Virus record (IMG/VR): IMGVR_UViG_3300028577_000007
From: an uncultured virus (IMG/VR IMGVR_UViG_3300028577_000007)
Taxonomy: Duplodnaviria > Heunggongvirae > Uroviricota > Caudoviricetes
DNA: 64,000 nucleotides
Direction: 5' to 3' (one strand)
In this document: in pieces, positions 37,096 to 47,056 of the stretch
Layout of the letters: every line of letters begins with the position of its first letter
Position numbering within the stretch: the first letter of the stretch is position 1
Translations under genes and position numbers: made by a program
The notes under the pieces: generated by a model
Seen by the model: only the letters and a program-made list of their open reading frames with translations
Databases searched by the model: none
What the model was told of the DNA's origin: nothing

Positions 37096-37298
37096 ATACC
37101 TAACCACCGTTTCTTGCCGATGCACGGAGCAAGATCTTTTTCTACGCTCTTCAGGAGGCCATAACCGATGTCATCGGCCCCATGAACAGGGATCGAGCTC
37201 TGGCATGCCCCACAGCGGACCATCAAATGCGACCCCGACCAGCGCAATTCTTCACATCCGAGTTCTCTGAGCCGCTTCCGTAGCTCTCTCCCCGTCAT
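37092..37298 (-). CDS. hicA: HicA-family mRNA interferase toxin
   Basis: RELRKRLRELG...GSHL...IPVHGADDIGYGLLKSVEK; ATGA overlap with hicB. Confidence 0.88.
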   Translation of the reverse strand: MTGRELRKRLRELGCEELRWSGSHLMVRCGACQSSIPVHGADDIGYGLLKSVEKDLAPCIGKKRWLGI

Positions 37299-37598
37299 GA
37301 CCAGGGACTATATGTTCAGTGGTCCGTTCAGGTCAATCGCAAAATCGTTTCAGGCCGCGCTCGCCATTTTCGTGCAGATCGACCCCACAAACCTGAGCCA
37401 CGCAGCGAAACGCTCGTCGCTGAGGCAGGCCTCGCAGTAGTCGTGCTCGCAGCCGCAGAGCGCGGGCGCGGGCTTCAGCGCCGGGGCCGGGTAGGACACG
37501 AGGCAGCGGTAGCAGCGAGCGACGGGGATTGACATCAGAGATTGACTGTGCCCGGAGCCGCTTGCGATAGCAAGCGCAGCGAGCGCCTTGCTCGGGCG

Positions 37599-37922
37599 TT
37601 ATTCGTCCGAGCAGGCGTCGGCGGCAGCGCAGTCGGCGGCAGTGGCTTGGCAGCGCGGATTCTCGGAGGCGTAGCCGGAGGACTCGACGTTCTGGCAAAC
37701 CACTTCGCAGGGCGCCCCTTTGGGCGTCGGGTCGCCTGCGGGGCAATGGAGAGCGCGCAGGTGATCGCACATCGCTGCGCAGTCGGCGTCCGTGCCCGAT
37801 GCGAGCGGGGCGTTGTGATTGACCGGGGGAGGCACGATGCTCGCGTAGGTCGAGCAGGCCTCCATGCCCATGCTGATGATGGAGCCGCCCACAACGAAGA
37901 GAACAACCAGCTTGATGTTCAT
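37599..37922 (-). CDS. Cys-rich putative lipoprotein
   Basis: Start ATG 37922; signal-like N-terminus ending MEAC; CxxxC repeats. Confidence 0.6.
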   Translation of the reverse strand: MNIKLVVLFVVGGSIISMGMEACSTYASIVPPPVNHNAPLASGTDADCAAMCDHLRALHCPAGDPTPKGAPCEVVCQNVESSGYASENPRCQATAADCAAADACSDE

Positions 37923-38689
37923 AGGGAAGGGCCCACGTCGAAGGCGATGAAGCCGAGGCTCGATCGCACGTACTGCTCGGTGAAGCGACAGCGGCCGCCG
38001 TCGCGCCAGGTCACGTCGTAGTGGTTCAGGAGACCGAAGGTCCCGTCTGGAGCAAAGTCCTCGATGGGCATCGCGTGATTGCCAGCGATGTCGCGATCGG
38101 GGGTGTCGATGAGGGTCGGCCCCGTGTCGAGCTCGAAGGATCTGTCGACGGCCCAGGCCCCAACGACGCAGATCCCTTTGTCGATGGCGCGCCGCACGCC
38201 GTCCGCGTCGTCGCGATCGATCGAGTAGTAATCCCGGAGTCCGCGGCGATCGTAGGCGTCGTGCAGCGCAGATCCGGTCGGGCGAGCGTTCACGCGAAGG
38301 AGACTGAAGGGCCAGGTCTCTTCGGATGCGAGCCCGAAGCGCTGCACCGCAGTCGATCCCGCTTCGAAGCTCATTCCGGCGTCGGTGTCCTCTAGCCCCA
38401 TGGAGGCTCGCCCGAGCTTGTACGGGAACAGGCCGCTGAGATCGGGGCAGGGGATGCCACGCTTCAGGCAGGTCAGGCGAAAGGCTTGAGCCATCGCCAT
38501 CCCGAGGCACGAGTCGGTCGCCGATTGCCACTTGGGACCCACGAGGGCGCTCCTCACGGTGCCCGATGAAGGGAGGACCGATGTCGAGCCGATGAGGGTA
38601 GAGAGCGACTTAACCGAGTCAGGGAGCGGCGCGTGCACGTACCCGTGACCGCGACGGCCCTGCACGGCGTTGACGATGGCGCTAATCAC
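37919..38689 (-). CDS. Papain-like (C1) cysteine peptidase
   Basis: QSATDSCLGMA (Gln/Cys), GNHAM (His), LLNHY (Asn); GLASEETWPF. Confidence 0.8.
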   Translation of the reverse strand: MISAIVNAVQGRRGHGYVHAPLPDSVKSLSTLIGSTSVLPSSGTVRSALVGPKWQSATDSCLGMAMAQAFRLTCLKRGIPCPDLSGLFPYKLGRASMGLEDTDAGMSFEAGSTAVQRFGLASEETWPFSLLRVNARPTGSALHDAYDRRGLRDYYSIDRDDADGVRRAIDKGICVVGAWAVDRSFELDTGPTLIDTPDRDIAGNHAMPIEDFAPDGTFGLLNHYDVTWRDGGRCRFTEQYVRSSLGFIAFDVGPSL

Positions 38690-39120
38690 TCGGCTACCCG
38701 AAGACCAATCACGCGCGGCGTTGGAAAGTCATCGCCCCCCGCGGCGCCGACGCCGACGAGCCCTGCTCCGGCTGGCGTCACCCCTTTGGACTTCAAGAAG
38801 CCCGTGAGCGCGGCGTAAGCCGTTTGGAAATCCGTGAACGCCTGATCGTACTGGCCCTGGCTGACGTGTTTGATATCAGAGATCGCGCGCTCACCTACCG
38901 AGAGCGCGCGGTAGGCGGTGGCGAGGAGGCGCGCGTACTCGGCCCGATCGGTCGGCGACACGTCATGACCCAGCTGGTACGCATCGAAGGTGGCATCGAT
39001 GCCCTTCAGCACGATGTCAGTGTCGGTGAGCGCAGAGTTGATGACCGGGAGCGCGCTCGAGAGCGCGCTGCAGCCGCACAGGGTGAGCAGGGAGAACAGT
39101 AGCGCGAAGAATTTGTTCAT
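38686..39120 (-). CDS. Lipoprotein
   Basis: MNKFFALLFSLLTLCGC lipobox. Confidence 0.7.
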   Translation of the reverse strand: MNKFFALLFSLLTLCGCSALSSALPVINSALTDTDIVLKGIDATFDAYQLGHDVSPTDRAEYARLLATAYRALSVGERAISDIKHVSQGQYDQAFTDFQTAYAALTGFLKSKGVTPAGAGLVGVGAAGGDDFPTPRVIGLRVAE

Positions 39121-39160
39121 GAGGGTCAAGGTAAAACGCGAGACGGGGGGAGAGCAAGTT

Positions 39161-39493
39161 TTAGGAGTCGTTGTAGCCGACGGCGCTGCGACGTGGCGGG
39201 TGCACGCGCGCTTGCTCTCCGGGGCTACGGATCCGGCGGCGGAGCTCGGCGTCCACCTCGTCGAGCAGTTGCGGCGGAATAGGCAGGCGCTGCGAGTACG
39301 GGTAGCGCACATATTTCCCAGCGTCCCAGACGCCGGCGGCGATCTGGCCCGTCGAGTCATGAAGCGTCACGTCGTGGCCCTTGACCTTGACGTGGCAGTC
39401 GACGCCTTTCCCGTTAGGGAGGATGGCGCTCGCTCGAAAATCGAAGTTCTCCTGCACGAGGTGAGGCTTTGGGGGGTCTCTTCGTCGCGGCAT
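39161..39493 (-). CDS. Hypothetical protein
   Basis: Start ATG 39493 (MPRRRDPP). Confidence 0.5.
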   Translation of the reverse strand: MPRRRDPPKPHLVQENFDFRASAILPNGKGVDCHVKVKGHDVTLHDSTGQIAAGVWDAGKYVRYPYSQRLPIPPQLLDEVDAELRRRIRSPGEQARVHPPRRSAVGYNDS

Positions 39494-39504
39494 TCTTTTG
39501 ATCC

Positions 39505-39936
39505 TCAGGGCTCGTAACCCGCTCGGCGCAAGATCCCGAGCACGTCCGGCGGCTGCCACCCCTCCGGCTTCAAGATCTTTCCGTCGTGACGGCGCACGAC
39601 TCGGCCCCCTGGAGCTTTCGCCATGTTGGCCGCCTGGACAGCGGCCCATACCTGCTCGATCGGGATCCCGAACTCCAGTGCGGCGCCAATAATCACGTAG
39701 ATCGAGTCTACCATGGCGTCCGCTGTCTCGACCAGATCTCGGCGCGCGATGGCGGGGAGGAGATCCTTCGTCACCTCTTCGACGATGAGGCTCACGCGAA
39801 GATCCACCCGATCGTCTTCTGGAAATCTCGGCACGAACAGCACCGGCGTGCCCGTCGCGAGGTGAAATACCGAAACGTCTGTTACGGCCGACTCGAGCGC
39901 CGGCGGGGGCGGCTCGGTTAGATGCGAAGCGGTCAC
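39505..39936 (-). CDS. MazG-like all-alpha NTP pyrophosphohydrolase
   Basis: LIVEE...ETADAMVDSIYV..G; ANMAK; DGKILKPEGWQPP. Confidence 0.85.
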   Translation of the reverse strand: MTASHLTEPPPPALESAVTDVSVFHLATGTPVLFVPRFPEDDRVDLRVSLIVEEVTKDLLPAIARRDLVETADAMVDSIYVIIGAALEFGIPIEQVWAAVQAANMAKAPGGRVVRRHDGKILKPEGWQPPDVLGILRRAGYEP

Positions 39937-40055
39937 GGCTCCGCCACCACTTCTGTCGCGGCTGACGCAAGCGCCGTCGCTATCAAGATCCCGATCCCCA
40001 GCACAGCAGCAGCAAGCACGATCACAGTCTTCATTTGTTTCCTTTCATTTGTTGT

Positions 40056-42770
40056 TCACCGATCCCAGTAGCTGTCTTCCGGAACATTGTCCGCCACGTC
40101 ATCAAACTCTTCATAGCCCCGAGCAATCGGCCTGAAGCTGATCGTCGGGCCATCGAAGATGAGCTTCACGGTGCCGGTTGCGCCGCCGCGCTGTTTAGCG
40201 ACGATGATCTCGGCCTGGTCGTCCGCGTCCTTGTTGTAATACTTCTCGCGGTAGATAAACCAGACCGCGTCGGAGTCATTTTCAATGGCGCCCGAATTAT
40301 GGAGGCACATATTCTGGGCGACGAAGTTTTCTGCCCCTGGGACGCTCAGGTCAAACGTCTCCTCTTCTCCGTCGGGGACAACCGACTCCACCTGATCCCA
40401 CAGCACGTCACTTTCGGCGAGCTCACGAAGCGAAGTCGAGCCGAGAGTCGCCGCCACCTTAGCGAGGTTCGGGCGACTGATGTGTTTACCTTGGTGCACC
40501 CAACCGAGCGAGCGGTAGGTATGCCCTTGCCGAGTCTTCTCCGCTCGGATCAGTTCATTGACCGCGAGTGGCAACCGATCGAACCCCGGCTTCTCTCGCA
40601 CCATCGGCTCTATCGCTGCCCGGCGGAGCTTCTCTCCTTTGATACCGAGCATCGGAACACGCTCCGCAAATCTACGGATCATGAGTTGATCGTGGATCGT
40701 AATCGTCGCGATCGGGACCTTCGACTTCGTGTTGAACTCGGCCGGGCCATGACCCGCAACGATGCCGAGGCGGGTCAGTATCCACATCACCTGGTCCAGT
40801 AGCTGGAAGCTTGTCGACGTGAACTTCAGCGCCCACCCGGACCTCTTTCTTTTCACCACCGATCCGTCTCCTGCCCACAGGGCCCCGAGGAAGTGACCGA
40901 GTGCGTTATTGTCCATCCTGAGGACTTCCTCCGGAATGGTTTTTTCAGGGCCATTCTGATCGTGGATCCCAAGCTCTTTCAGCCATAAGATGACGGGGTT
41001 CTGGCCGCGGCGCCCTCTGCCCCTGGTCACCGTCAACTCGATCTGCTCGGAATCTCCCTGGCACTTGTGATCTTTGGCGGTGATCCCGAAGCGCGAGAGC
41101 GCAATGCGTCGTACGTTGTTCACGAGCGCAGGATCCGCCTTGACGTACCCAACCGAGCGGTACCGGGTGTAGGTTCCGTCTGAAATCAGGTACCCGAGCA
41201 GAGCGAGTTCGTCGGGGGTAAACCTGCGACTCGGCTCGGTGGGCTCCGGGACCACTCTCGGGACCGCGATCCTTTCGTGCGGCTCAAGATCCGCCAAGGT
41301 CTTCCACCCCTCAAGCACTCTCACTCGGTGCTCGCCTGCCGCGCGGAGCGTTCGGCCGGTGCCCGTGGTCAACTTGAAGATCTTTTTCTTCCCCGTGCTC
41401 CATGCGCTAGCCGAGACGGCGGGGTGGAGCTTCCAGTCGTCGCCCAAGGCGGACACGATGGTGCCTTCCTTGAGATCTCGGATCTGCACCCTCGCGCCCG
41501 TCCTCGCGTCATAGACCCATTGGTCACCTGCCAAGCATTCGCGCAGGTTAGCAAGCGAAGGCCTCCTGTCGGTCGCTGAGCTCGAGCCCTTCTCCTTTTC
41601 TCGGTTCACCTGCGAGAGTCCCAAGATACAAAGCCCCTCGCTCTTGGCAAGTTGCTTTAGGCCGCGGGTGATGGAGGAGATCTCGAGCTCGCGGCCTCCG
41701 CCCTGCTCGCCCGTCATGAGCTGCATGTAGTCGACGGCGGCGAGTACGAGCTTCTTCGCCTTGATCGTGCCGCGCGTGATGTCGCGCTTGATCTTCCTGA
41801 TGATCGAGCGCAGCTCGGTCACGGTGAGCGCGGCCTTGTCGCCGATGAGGATCGGGTGTTTCAAGAGCTCGTCTGCTGCCCGGAACAGCTCCCGCCACTG
41901 CATCTCGGTCAGCTGGTTCTGACGGAGGCGCGCGTACTCGATGGAGGCCTGCACGCAGACGAGCCGAAGGGAGATCTCTTCCTTCGGCATCTCGAGTGAA
42001 TGGAAATACACGGCATCTGGAAGGCTCCCGTCGGCAGGCGGCTTCGTCGTGCGGAGCAGGCTCGAGCCTGCGAGCGCGGTCTTGCCTTGCCCGGTCCGGG
42101 CGGCGAGCGTCACGAGGTGCCCAGGCTGATAGCCCCCCGTCATCTTGTCGAGATCGGCGTAGCCAGTGGTCGCGCCAATCGTTTGACCAGTGCGGAAGGC
42201 GTGAGCGAGCTCGGCGAGCCCCCGACCACCGATGGCCCCAGCGAGCTCGTAGGTCGCTTCCCGCTCATCGTGAGCGACCTCCCAGACGCGGGTCTCGTGC
42301 TCTTCGATGACATCGCGAGACGGGACGCCCTTCGGGTGGTAGAGCGCCGCGATCGTGGTCTGGCTGAGCGCGATGACCTGGCGCGCGCGCCAGTGCTGGA
42401 TGACCGTTCGGCAGTACTGCTCGAGAAGCCCCGGCTTACCTTCGACGGGGCCGAGGTCAGTGAGGCGCGCGAGGTAGGAGCTCCCGACTTGTTCGAGGAG
42501 CCCGCGCAAGCGAAGGTCGCCTGCGACCTCGACGAGATCGATGTACTGCTTCGACTCGCTGAGGTTACAAATCGCTTCCCAGATCTGGCGATTCGGAGCG
42601 GCGTAGAAGTGGCTCGCCTCAAGCCCGATCGCGACGCAGCGGTCGTAGTCACCCGGCTCGAGAATGACCCACGCAAGGATCGCACCCTCGGCGTCGAGAT
42701 CCGACGGAGGGACGTTCCCGGGGTTAATGTGAGTCGGATCCGGGAGCCGGTTTGCGTCGATCGCTGTCAA
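40056..42770 (-). CDS. dnaB: Replicative DNA helicase DnaB with intein
   Basis: AARTGQGKT, SLEM, VDYMQL, LSQVNR, LRE|...|SGAIENDSD, KQRGG. Confidence 0.95.
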   Translation of the reverse strand: MTAIDANRLPDPTHINPGNVPPSDLDAEGAILAWVILEPGDYDRCVAIGLEASHFYAAPNRQIWEAICNLSESKQYIDLVEVAGDLRLRGLLEQVGSSYLARLTDLGPVEGKPGLLEQYCRTVIQHWRARQVIALSQTTIAALYHPKGVPSRDVIEEHETRVWEVAHDEREATYELAGAIGGRGLAELAHAFRTGQTIGATTGYADLDKMTGGYQPGHLVTLAARTGQGKTALAGSSLLRTTKPPADGSLPDAVYFHSLEMPKEEISLRLVCVQASIEYARLRQNQLTEMQWRELFRAADELLKHPILIGDKAALTVTELRSIIRKIKRDITRGTIKAKKLVLAAVDYMQLMTGEQGGGRELEISSITRGLKQLAKSEGLCILGLSQVNREKEKGSSSATDRRPSLANLRECLAGDQWVYDARTGARVQIRDLKEGTIVSALGDDWKLHPAVSASAWSTGKKKIFKLTTGTGRTLRAAGEHRVRVLEGWKTLADLEPHERIAVPRVVPEPTEPSRRFTPDELALLGYLISDGTYTRYRSVGYVKADPALVNNVRRIALSRFGITAKDHKCQGDSEQIELTVTRGRGRRGQNPVILWLKELGIHDQNGPEKTIPEEVLRMDNNALGHFLGALWAGDGSVVKRKRSGWALKFTSTSFQLLDQVMWILTRLGIVAGHGPAEFNTKSKVPIATITIHDQLMIRRFAERVPMLGIKGEKLRRAAIEPMVREKPGFDRLPLAVNELIRAEKTRQGHTYRSLGWVHQGKHISRPNLAKVAATLGSTSLRELAESDVLWDQVESVVPDGEEETFDLSVPGAENFVAQNMCLHNSGAIENDSDAVWFIYREKYYNKDADDQAEIIVAKQRGGATGTVKLIFDGPTISFRPIARGYEEFDDVADNVPEDSYWDR
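40296..41537 (-). mobile_element. Intein (414 aa) with LAGLIDADG endonuclease in DnaB
   Basis: Starts CLAGDQ, ends LHN followed by Ser; LLGYLISDG and FLGALWAGDG motifs. Confidence 0.93.
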
Positions 42771-43204
42771 CGCTTGCCTGTCTCACGTTGGATATGGGCG
42801 CACAAGATGCGATCGACCGCGTCCTCGATGCTGCTGCCATAGAGCCCGTGCTCCATCTGCCGCTCGATGGCGGCGAGGACCTCGTGGCGCACGATAACCG
42901 AGCGGCCCGTGAGGCCGCCGCCTTGAATATCCTTGATGAGCCCGTCGAGCTCTTGCCGGTAGAGCGGGCTCTTGCTCGCGCGGAGGGCGACCTTCTTGCA
43001 AGCGTGGATCACGGTCGAATGGTCCCGCCCGAACGCCGTCGCTATCTGCGGATACGAAAAGCTCCCCACGAGGCGCGCCACGTACATCGCGGTCGAGCGC
43101 ACGACCACGGTGGAGTTGTGGCGATCGGCGCTCAAGATGGTCGAGGGATCGATCGCGTAGTGACGCGCAACCGTATCGATCACGACCCGGAGGAGAGGTT
43201 CCAT
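42767..43204 (-). CDS. Stand-alone DnaA domain IV (DNA-binding HTH) protein
   Basis: RSTAMYVARLVGSFSYPQIATAFGRDHSTVIHACKKV; start ATG 43204. Confidence 0.85.
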   Translation of the reverse strand: MEPLLRVVIDTVARHYAIDPSTILSADRHNSTVVVRSTAMYVARLVGSFSYPQIATAFGRDHSTVIHACKKVALRASKSPLYRQELDGLIKDIQGGGLTGRSVIVRHEVLAAIERQMEHGLYGSSIEDAVDRILCAHIQRETGKR

Positions 43205-43762
43205 TGGAGCCAGTGAGGTTACTTGACGCGAAGACCCGAGTGCCCGCTCTGGATCTGCTGACAGAACTCGGGCGTTGCATACACGGGGACCGGATCCCCG
43301 ATGGGCTCTTCCCGCGGCTCCGAGAGGTCGGTCCCCAGGCGGTCGGCTACTTCCTTCACCATCTGATCGCGGTCTCGCTCCGTCAGATGATAGGAGCACC
43401 CGTCAGCCTGCGCCGTGCCGTCCGGCATCACGACGATCCAGAACTGCTTCAACACCACCCGCGCGTTTTTCGGAATCGGGATACTCATGCTTTTCGTCCT
43501 CTCGCCTCGAACCTCAATGCCTTACGTCGGAGCGCCACCCCGATCTTCCCCTCCCGGAACGATTCGCGTGTGTCCGCTGTCACCGCGACCACCCGGAACC
43601 AGTCCTTCCACTCGACGGGGCCCGGGAGCTCACGCGCGTCCTGGTGGCAGCGCTCTTCCATGAGCGGGGCTGCTCGGAGGCAGTAGAGCGGATCCTTACC
43701 GAGGATCGCCCGGGCGGCGTCCACCATGTCGCGGAGCGACTGCTGGTCAGGCGAGACGCCGC

Positions 43763-44302
43763 TCACCGGAACTCCACCACTGCCGCCGCGTCCGGTTGAT
43801 AGAGCGGGTGCACGGGGGAGCCGTCCAGGTTTTTCCTGAAGCACTCGAGGAGGTATCCGTGCGACCGAAGAGCGCTAAGGACCTGCTGCCCGCGACCCAG
43901 GATGTCACCCTCTTTGCCCCAAGCGACCACGATCTGACCCGCCCCGGCGGCCGCCGCGAGGATGTGATGGTCGTTCTCCGGGCCAATGAGATCGGTCCGC
44001 GCTGCCAGCGAACGGAGCCTCTTCGAGTCCGTCTCGCGGTACGCGAACAAGTTAACCACGGAGAGGCGCTGGTGGCCCCATGCGCGCCCGAACTTCATCA
44101 GCTTATCGATCGTCGGGTCGTTGGCGTTCTCGTCGGCGGTGGAGGGGTTCAGCATGACGAAGCAGATCGTGCTGCGGTCACCCTCGGCGTCCCAAGCTTG
44201 TCCGTCGAGTGAGCGGTAGAGCACGTAGCGGTAGACGCGATCGGCACTGAGGACAGCGTGGTTGATCTTCGTGAGCCACGAGAACGTTTGCTGCACCATC
44301 AT
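43763..44302 (-). CDS. DUF1643-like protein (in frame with, possibly fused to, the MTase C-part)
   Basis: YRYVLYR, FVMLNPSTAD...DPT, VVNLFA, VVAWG, PVHPLY. Confidence 0.8.
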   Translation of the reverse strand: MMVQQTFSWLTKINHAVLSADRVYRYVLYRSLDGQAWDAEGDRSTICFVMLNPSTADENANDPTIDKLMKFGRAWGHQRLSVVNLFAYRETDSKRLRSLAARTDLIGPENDHHILAAAAGAGQIVVAWGKEGDILGRGQQVLSALRSHGYLLECFRKNLDGSPVHPLYQPDAAAVVEFR

Positions 44303-44937
44303 GGGCTGGTCTTCTTTGGTTGGAGGGTCTCGCTCGATGAGCTCTCGGATGAGGTAGCCGATGACTTCGGCGCACGGCGGGACGACGGCGTTGCCGAGCG
44401 CGCGAATGCGGGCCCGTCGTCTACGTCCAACCAAACCGCCGGAAATCCCATGAACCAGAGGCACCACTCCGGGTTTAGGTGCCCGCCAAGAGTGCCCGGC
44501 AAGTCTCTCCCGCCGTTCTTGCCGTCGATGGTCAAGGTCGGAAGAAGCCCCCGCTTCGCCATCGTCTCGAGACTCGGCTTCCCTTTCAGGTTGAACTCCG
44601 TCTCCCCGTCGCGAGTCCCGTTGTTGCCCGTCCCGTAGCCCGCTGCCGACAAGGTCGGGAGGAGCTCTTCTTGCGACCACGAAGATTCTTCTTCGCTCGT
44701 GAGGAGCGCCGACATCACTTGCTGACAGCGGGACCGGAAGGCAAGCATAGCCGAGCTGTTCCAGATCACTGATGACGAAGTCGACCCAGCGGTTTGCTCC
44801 TGAGGCGACGTTCTCGACGACGATCCATTCGGGGAGGACTTCGCCCACAATCCGTCTAAACTCACGCCACAGGCCTGAGCGCTCTCCAGCAAGGCCCGCG
44901 CCCTTACCCGCGCCGGACACATCTTGGCATGGCTCAC
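44299..44937 (-). CDS. Overlapping-frame beta polypeptide of C5-MTase (motif IX)
   Basis: [16 protein letters not shown] in an alternative frame inside alpha, as in M.EcoHK31I; start uncertain. Confidence 0.7.
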   Translation of the reverse strand: MSHAKMCPARVRARALLESAQACGVSLDGLWAKSSPNGSSSRTSPQEQTAGSTSSSVIWNSSAMLAFRSRCQQVMSALLTSEEESSWSQEELLPTLSAAGYGTGNNGTRDGETEFNLKGKPSLETMAKRGLLPTLTIDGKNGGRDLPGTLGGHLNPEWCLWFMGFPAVWLDVDDGPAFARSATPSSRRAPKSSATSSESSSSETLQPKKTSP

Positions 44938-45203
44938 GGGAACCCCCCGCAGATCAGATCTACCGCAGGAAGCTCCCAGCTGCCCTCCTTGCTGGACGCG
45001 GCCCCGGCTCTGCCCAAGACAAGCTTCACGTCCGTGAAGCGCTGAGCCTCTGGCCAATGATGCTTGAGCACACACAAGCAGAATGGGTCCTGCTCTACCT
45101 GCCAGATCGTCCGACCGAGGCCCGCCTCTTCGAGGCCGAGATCGAGACCGCCGATCCCGCTGAAGAGCGAGCCGATCCGGAACGACGTTTTAAGCTCGGA
45201 CAT
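44303..45203 (-). pseudogene. C5-cytosine methyltransferase alpha chain interrupted at catalytic motif IV
   Basis: SLFSGIGG...GGFP-TGA at 44934-44936; [23 protein letters not shown] continues in another frame (7 extra nt). Confidence 0.75.
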
Positions 45204-45918
45204 AAATCAACTCGTTTGAATGGTGAGACTGAGTCTCCTGACGCCTTGATGTCACGCTCCGGTGCGACGGGCGAAACGGCAGGTAGCTCGGGGCCTGGCC
45301 GTCCGATTTTCGCGCCGCCTCGCACACGACCACCGTCGACTTCTTGTGCACGGTCTCGATGAAACTACAAAGCCCCGCATAATCGAAGTCCGGGAGCTCT
45401 TTACGGTATCTGTAGTTGAACTGATACGGCGGATCGATAAACCAATGCGCAGGGGTGTCGACAAGCTCGATCGGTTGACGGAATTCCCAGTGCGCGACGG
45501 CGCCGACCTCGTCCGCTACGCGCGAGCGCGTGCTCTCCGTCCACTGACCGGGCAGGTGCCCCCATGGCGAGATGGTCCAGCAGTCGCCAACGTTGTTCGT
45601 GCGTTGCCAGTGCTTCAGGAGCAGCTCCTGGCCGTCGCTTAGTCCGAGCGTTCGGATGTCGAGCCCCACCGGTAGACGGATCGGGATGTCCAAAATATCG
45701 GACGGCTGAGCCGCTCCCGTGTTGATGAGCCAGCGCCACAGCTTCTGCAGGTTGGGGTCGTCTTCCCATAGCATCACCATCCTATCGGAGTAGTTCAGGG
45801 AGAAGCCCGCCCCGCCCGCGAACGGCTCGCAGATGATCTCGTGCTCCGGCTTCGGGTAGTGCCTAGCGCTTTGCCACTTGCTCCCGAACCACTTGAACAT
45901 CGGCCCCACCTTGATCAT
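45190..45918 (-). CDS. Second Dam-like DNA adenine methyltransferase
   Basis: [21 protein letters not shown]. Confidence 0.8.
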   Translation of the reverse strand: MIKVGPMFKWFGSKWQSARHYPKPEHEIICEPFAGGAGFSLNYSDRMVMLWEDDPNLQKLWRWLINTGAAQPSDILDIPIRLPVGLDIRTLGLSDGQELLLKHWQRTNNVGDCWTISPWGHLPGQWTESTRSRVADEVGAVAHWEFRQPIELVDTPAHWFIDPPYQFNYRYRKELPDFDYAGLCSFIETVHKKSTVVVCEAARKSDGQAPSYLPFRPSHRSVTSRRQETQSHHSNELIYVRA

Positions 45919-46129
45919 GGCGGCTTCGGCAAGCTCGAAAGCCCCTGGGCAAAAATCGACGCCGGGGTCGGCGACGGCGAGAGCGCGGCGGCGGCGTGAT
46001 GTCTCTTGTGGGCTTGGCGCAGAAGCCGCGCGCGCAAGCGCTCCGCGCGCGCGGCGCCGGCGGCGGCTTCATGCCTCACCCCGAGCCGAAGCTTCCTTCG
46101 CTGTCGCCGGTGACGGCGGGCGCGGGGGT

Positions 46130-47056
46130 TCATGAGGAGGCGCTTTCGAAGGCCAAGATGTCGCTCTCGCCGTGGATGAGCTTTCTCGCCTGCACCCAGC
46201 CGTTGAAGTTGCCGAGGAAGTAGGTGTTCCGGCGTGCTGAGATCCATTCAGCATCTGGGTCGAGGGGGCCTCCTGGCCAGTTCGCGGGTCTTATCCACTC
46301 ACACTGCCTGAACAGCCCGCGCTCCTGCTCCGTCATCGGCCGCGCAGGGTGCTCCCAGGGCGCCATGTGGCCATTCAGGAGGAGGCTTTGCGCGAGATCT
46401 ACGTCCGCTCGCGGATCGCGTTTCCCGTCGTGGGTGAGATAGCTCACGCGGGCTGAGCGGCCCGCTGACACCTGCACGAGCTGAGTCGTGTCGAGCTCCG
46501 CGTCGTCGGCGTTCGTGAAGGGCAGATGCCACTCATCCGAGGTGAGCAGGCGCGGGCGGCTCGCTCGGTAGAGCTCGTGCATCATGCCCGCCGCCTTCTG
46601 GATCTCGGGCTGCGCGAGCTTGTTATTCCGGAGGTGAAAGAAGTTCGACCACTCGGTCGCGGTCACGATGACCGTGTGCCACATGAAGGGCTCGAGGAGA
46701 CGGTTCGTGATCTGCTTGTGGACTCCGATCTCGAGTAGGTGCCGCGCCCACGCGACGGCATAGTCCCGAGCGCTGTCCCAGACTACCTTCGCGCAGCGCG
46801 CGTCGGTCGGCGACAAGTCCTCTCCAGCCTGCATCCCTTTTTGGTTCTTGCCCCAGCTCACGGGCTCGAACGGATCCTCCTGCAAGCGAGCGATCTGTTT
46901 CTCGACCGGGATCGCTCGGCTCGACGCCGAGCTTCGTGAAAATACCCGATGCGTATTGAACTCCGCGAGCACTATCCTCGGAAACGTGACCACGAACGTC
47001 GTCAAACGCTCACCATACTGGGTGACGGAGTCTCTCTCGATTCTGGCTTCGTACAT
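46130..47056 (-). CDS. thyX: Flavin-dependent thymidylate synthase (phage Thy1/ThyX type)
   Basis: AEFNTHRVFSRSSASSRAIP, HKQITNRLLEPF, FFHLR, AQPEI, SARVSY. Confidence 0.88.
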   Translation of the reverse strand: MYEARIERDSVTQYGERLTTFVVTFPRIVLAEFNTHRVFSRSSASSRAIPVEKQIARLQEDPFEPVSWGKNQKGMQAGEDLSPTDARCAKVVWDSARDYAVAWARHLLEIGVHKQITNRLLEPFMWHTVIVTATEWSNFFHLRNNKLAQPEIQKAAGMMHELYRASRPRLLTSDEWHLPFTNADDAELDTTQLVQVSAGRSARVSYLTHDGKRDPRADVDLAQSLLLNGHMAPWEHPARPMTEQERGLFRQCEWIRPANWPGGPLDPDAEWISARRNTYFLGNFNGWVQARKLIHGESDILAFESASS

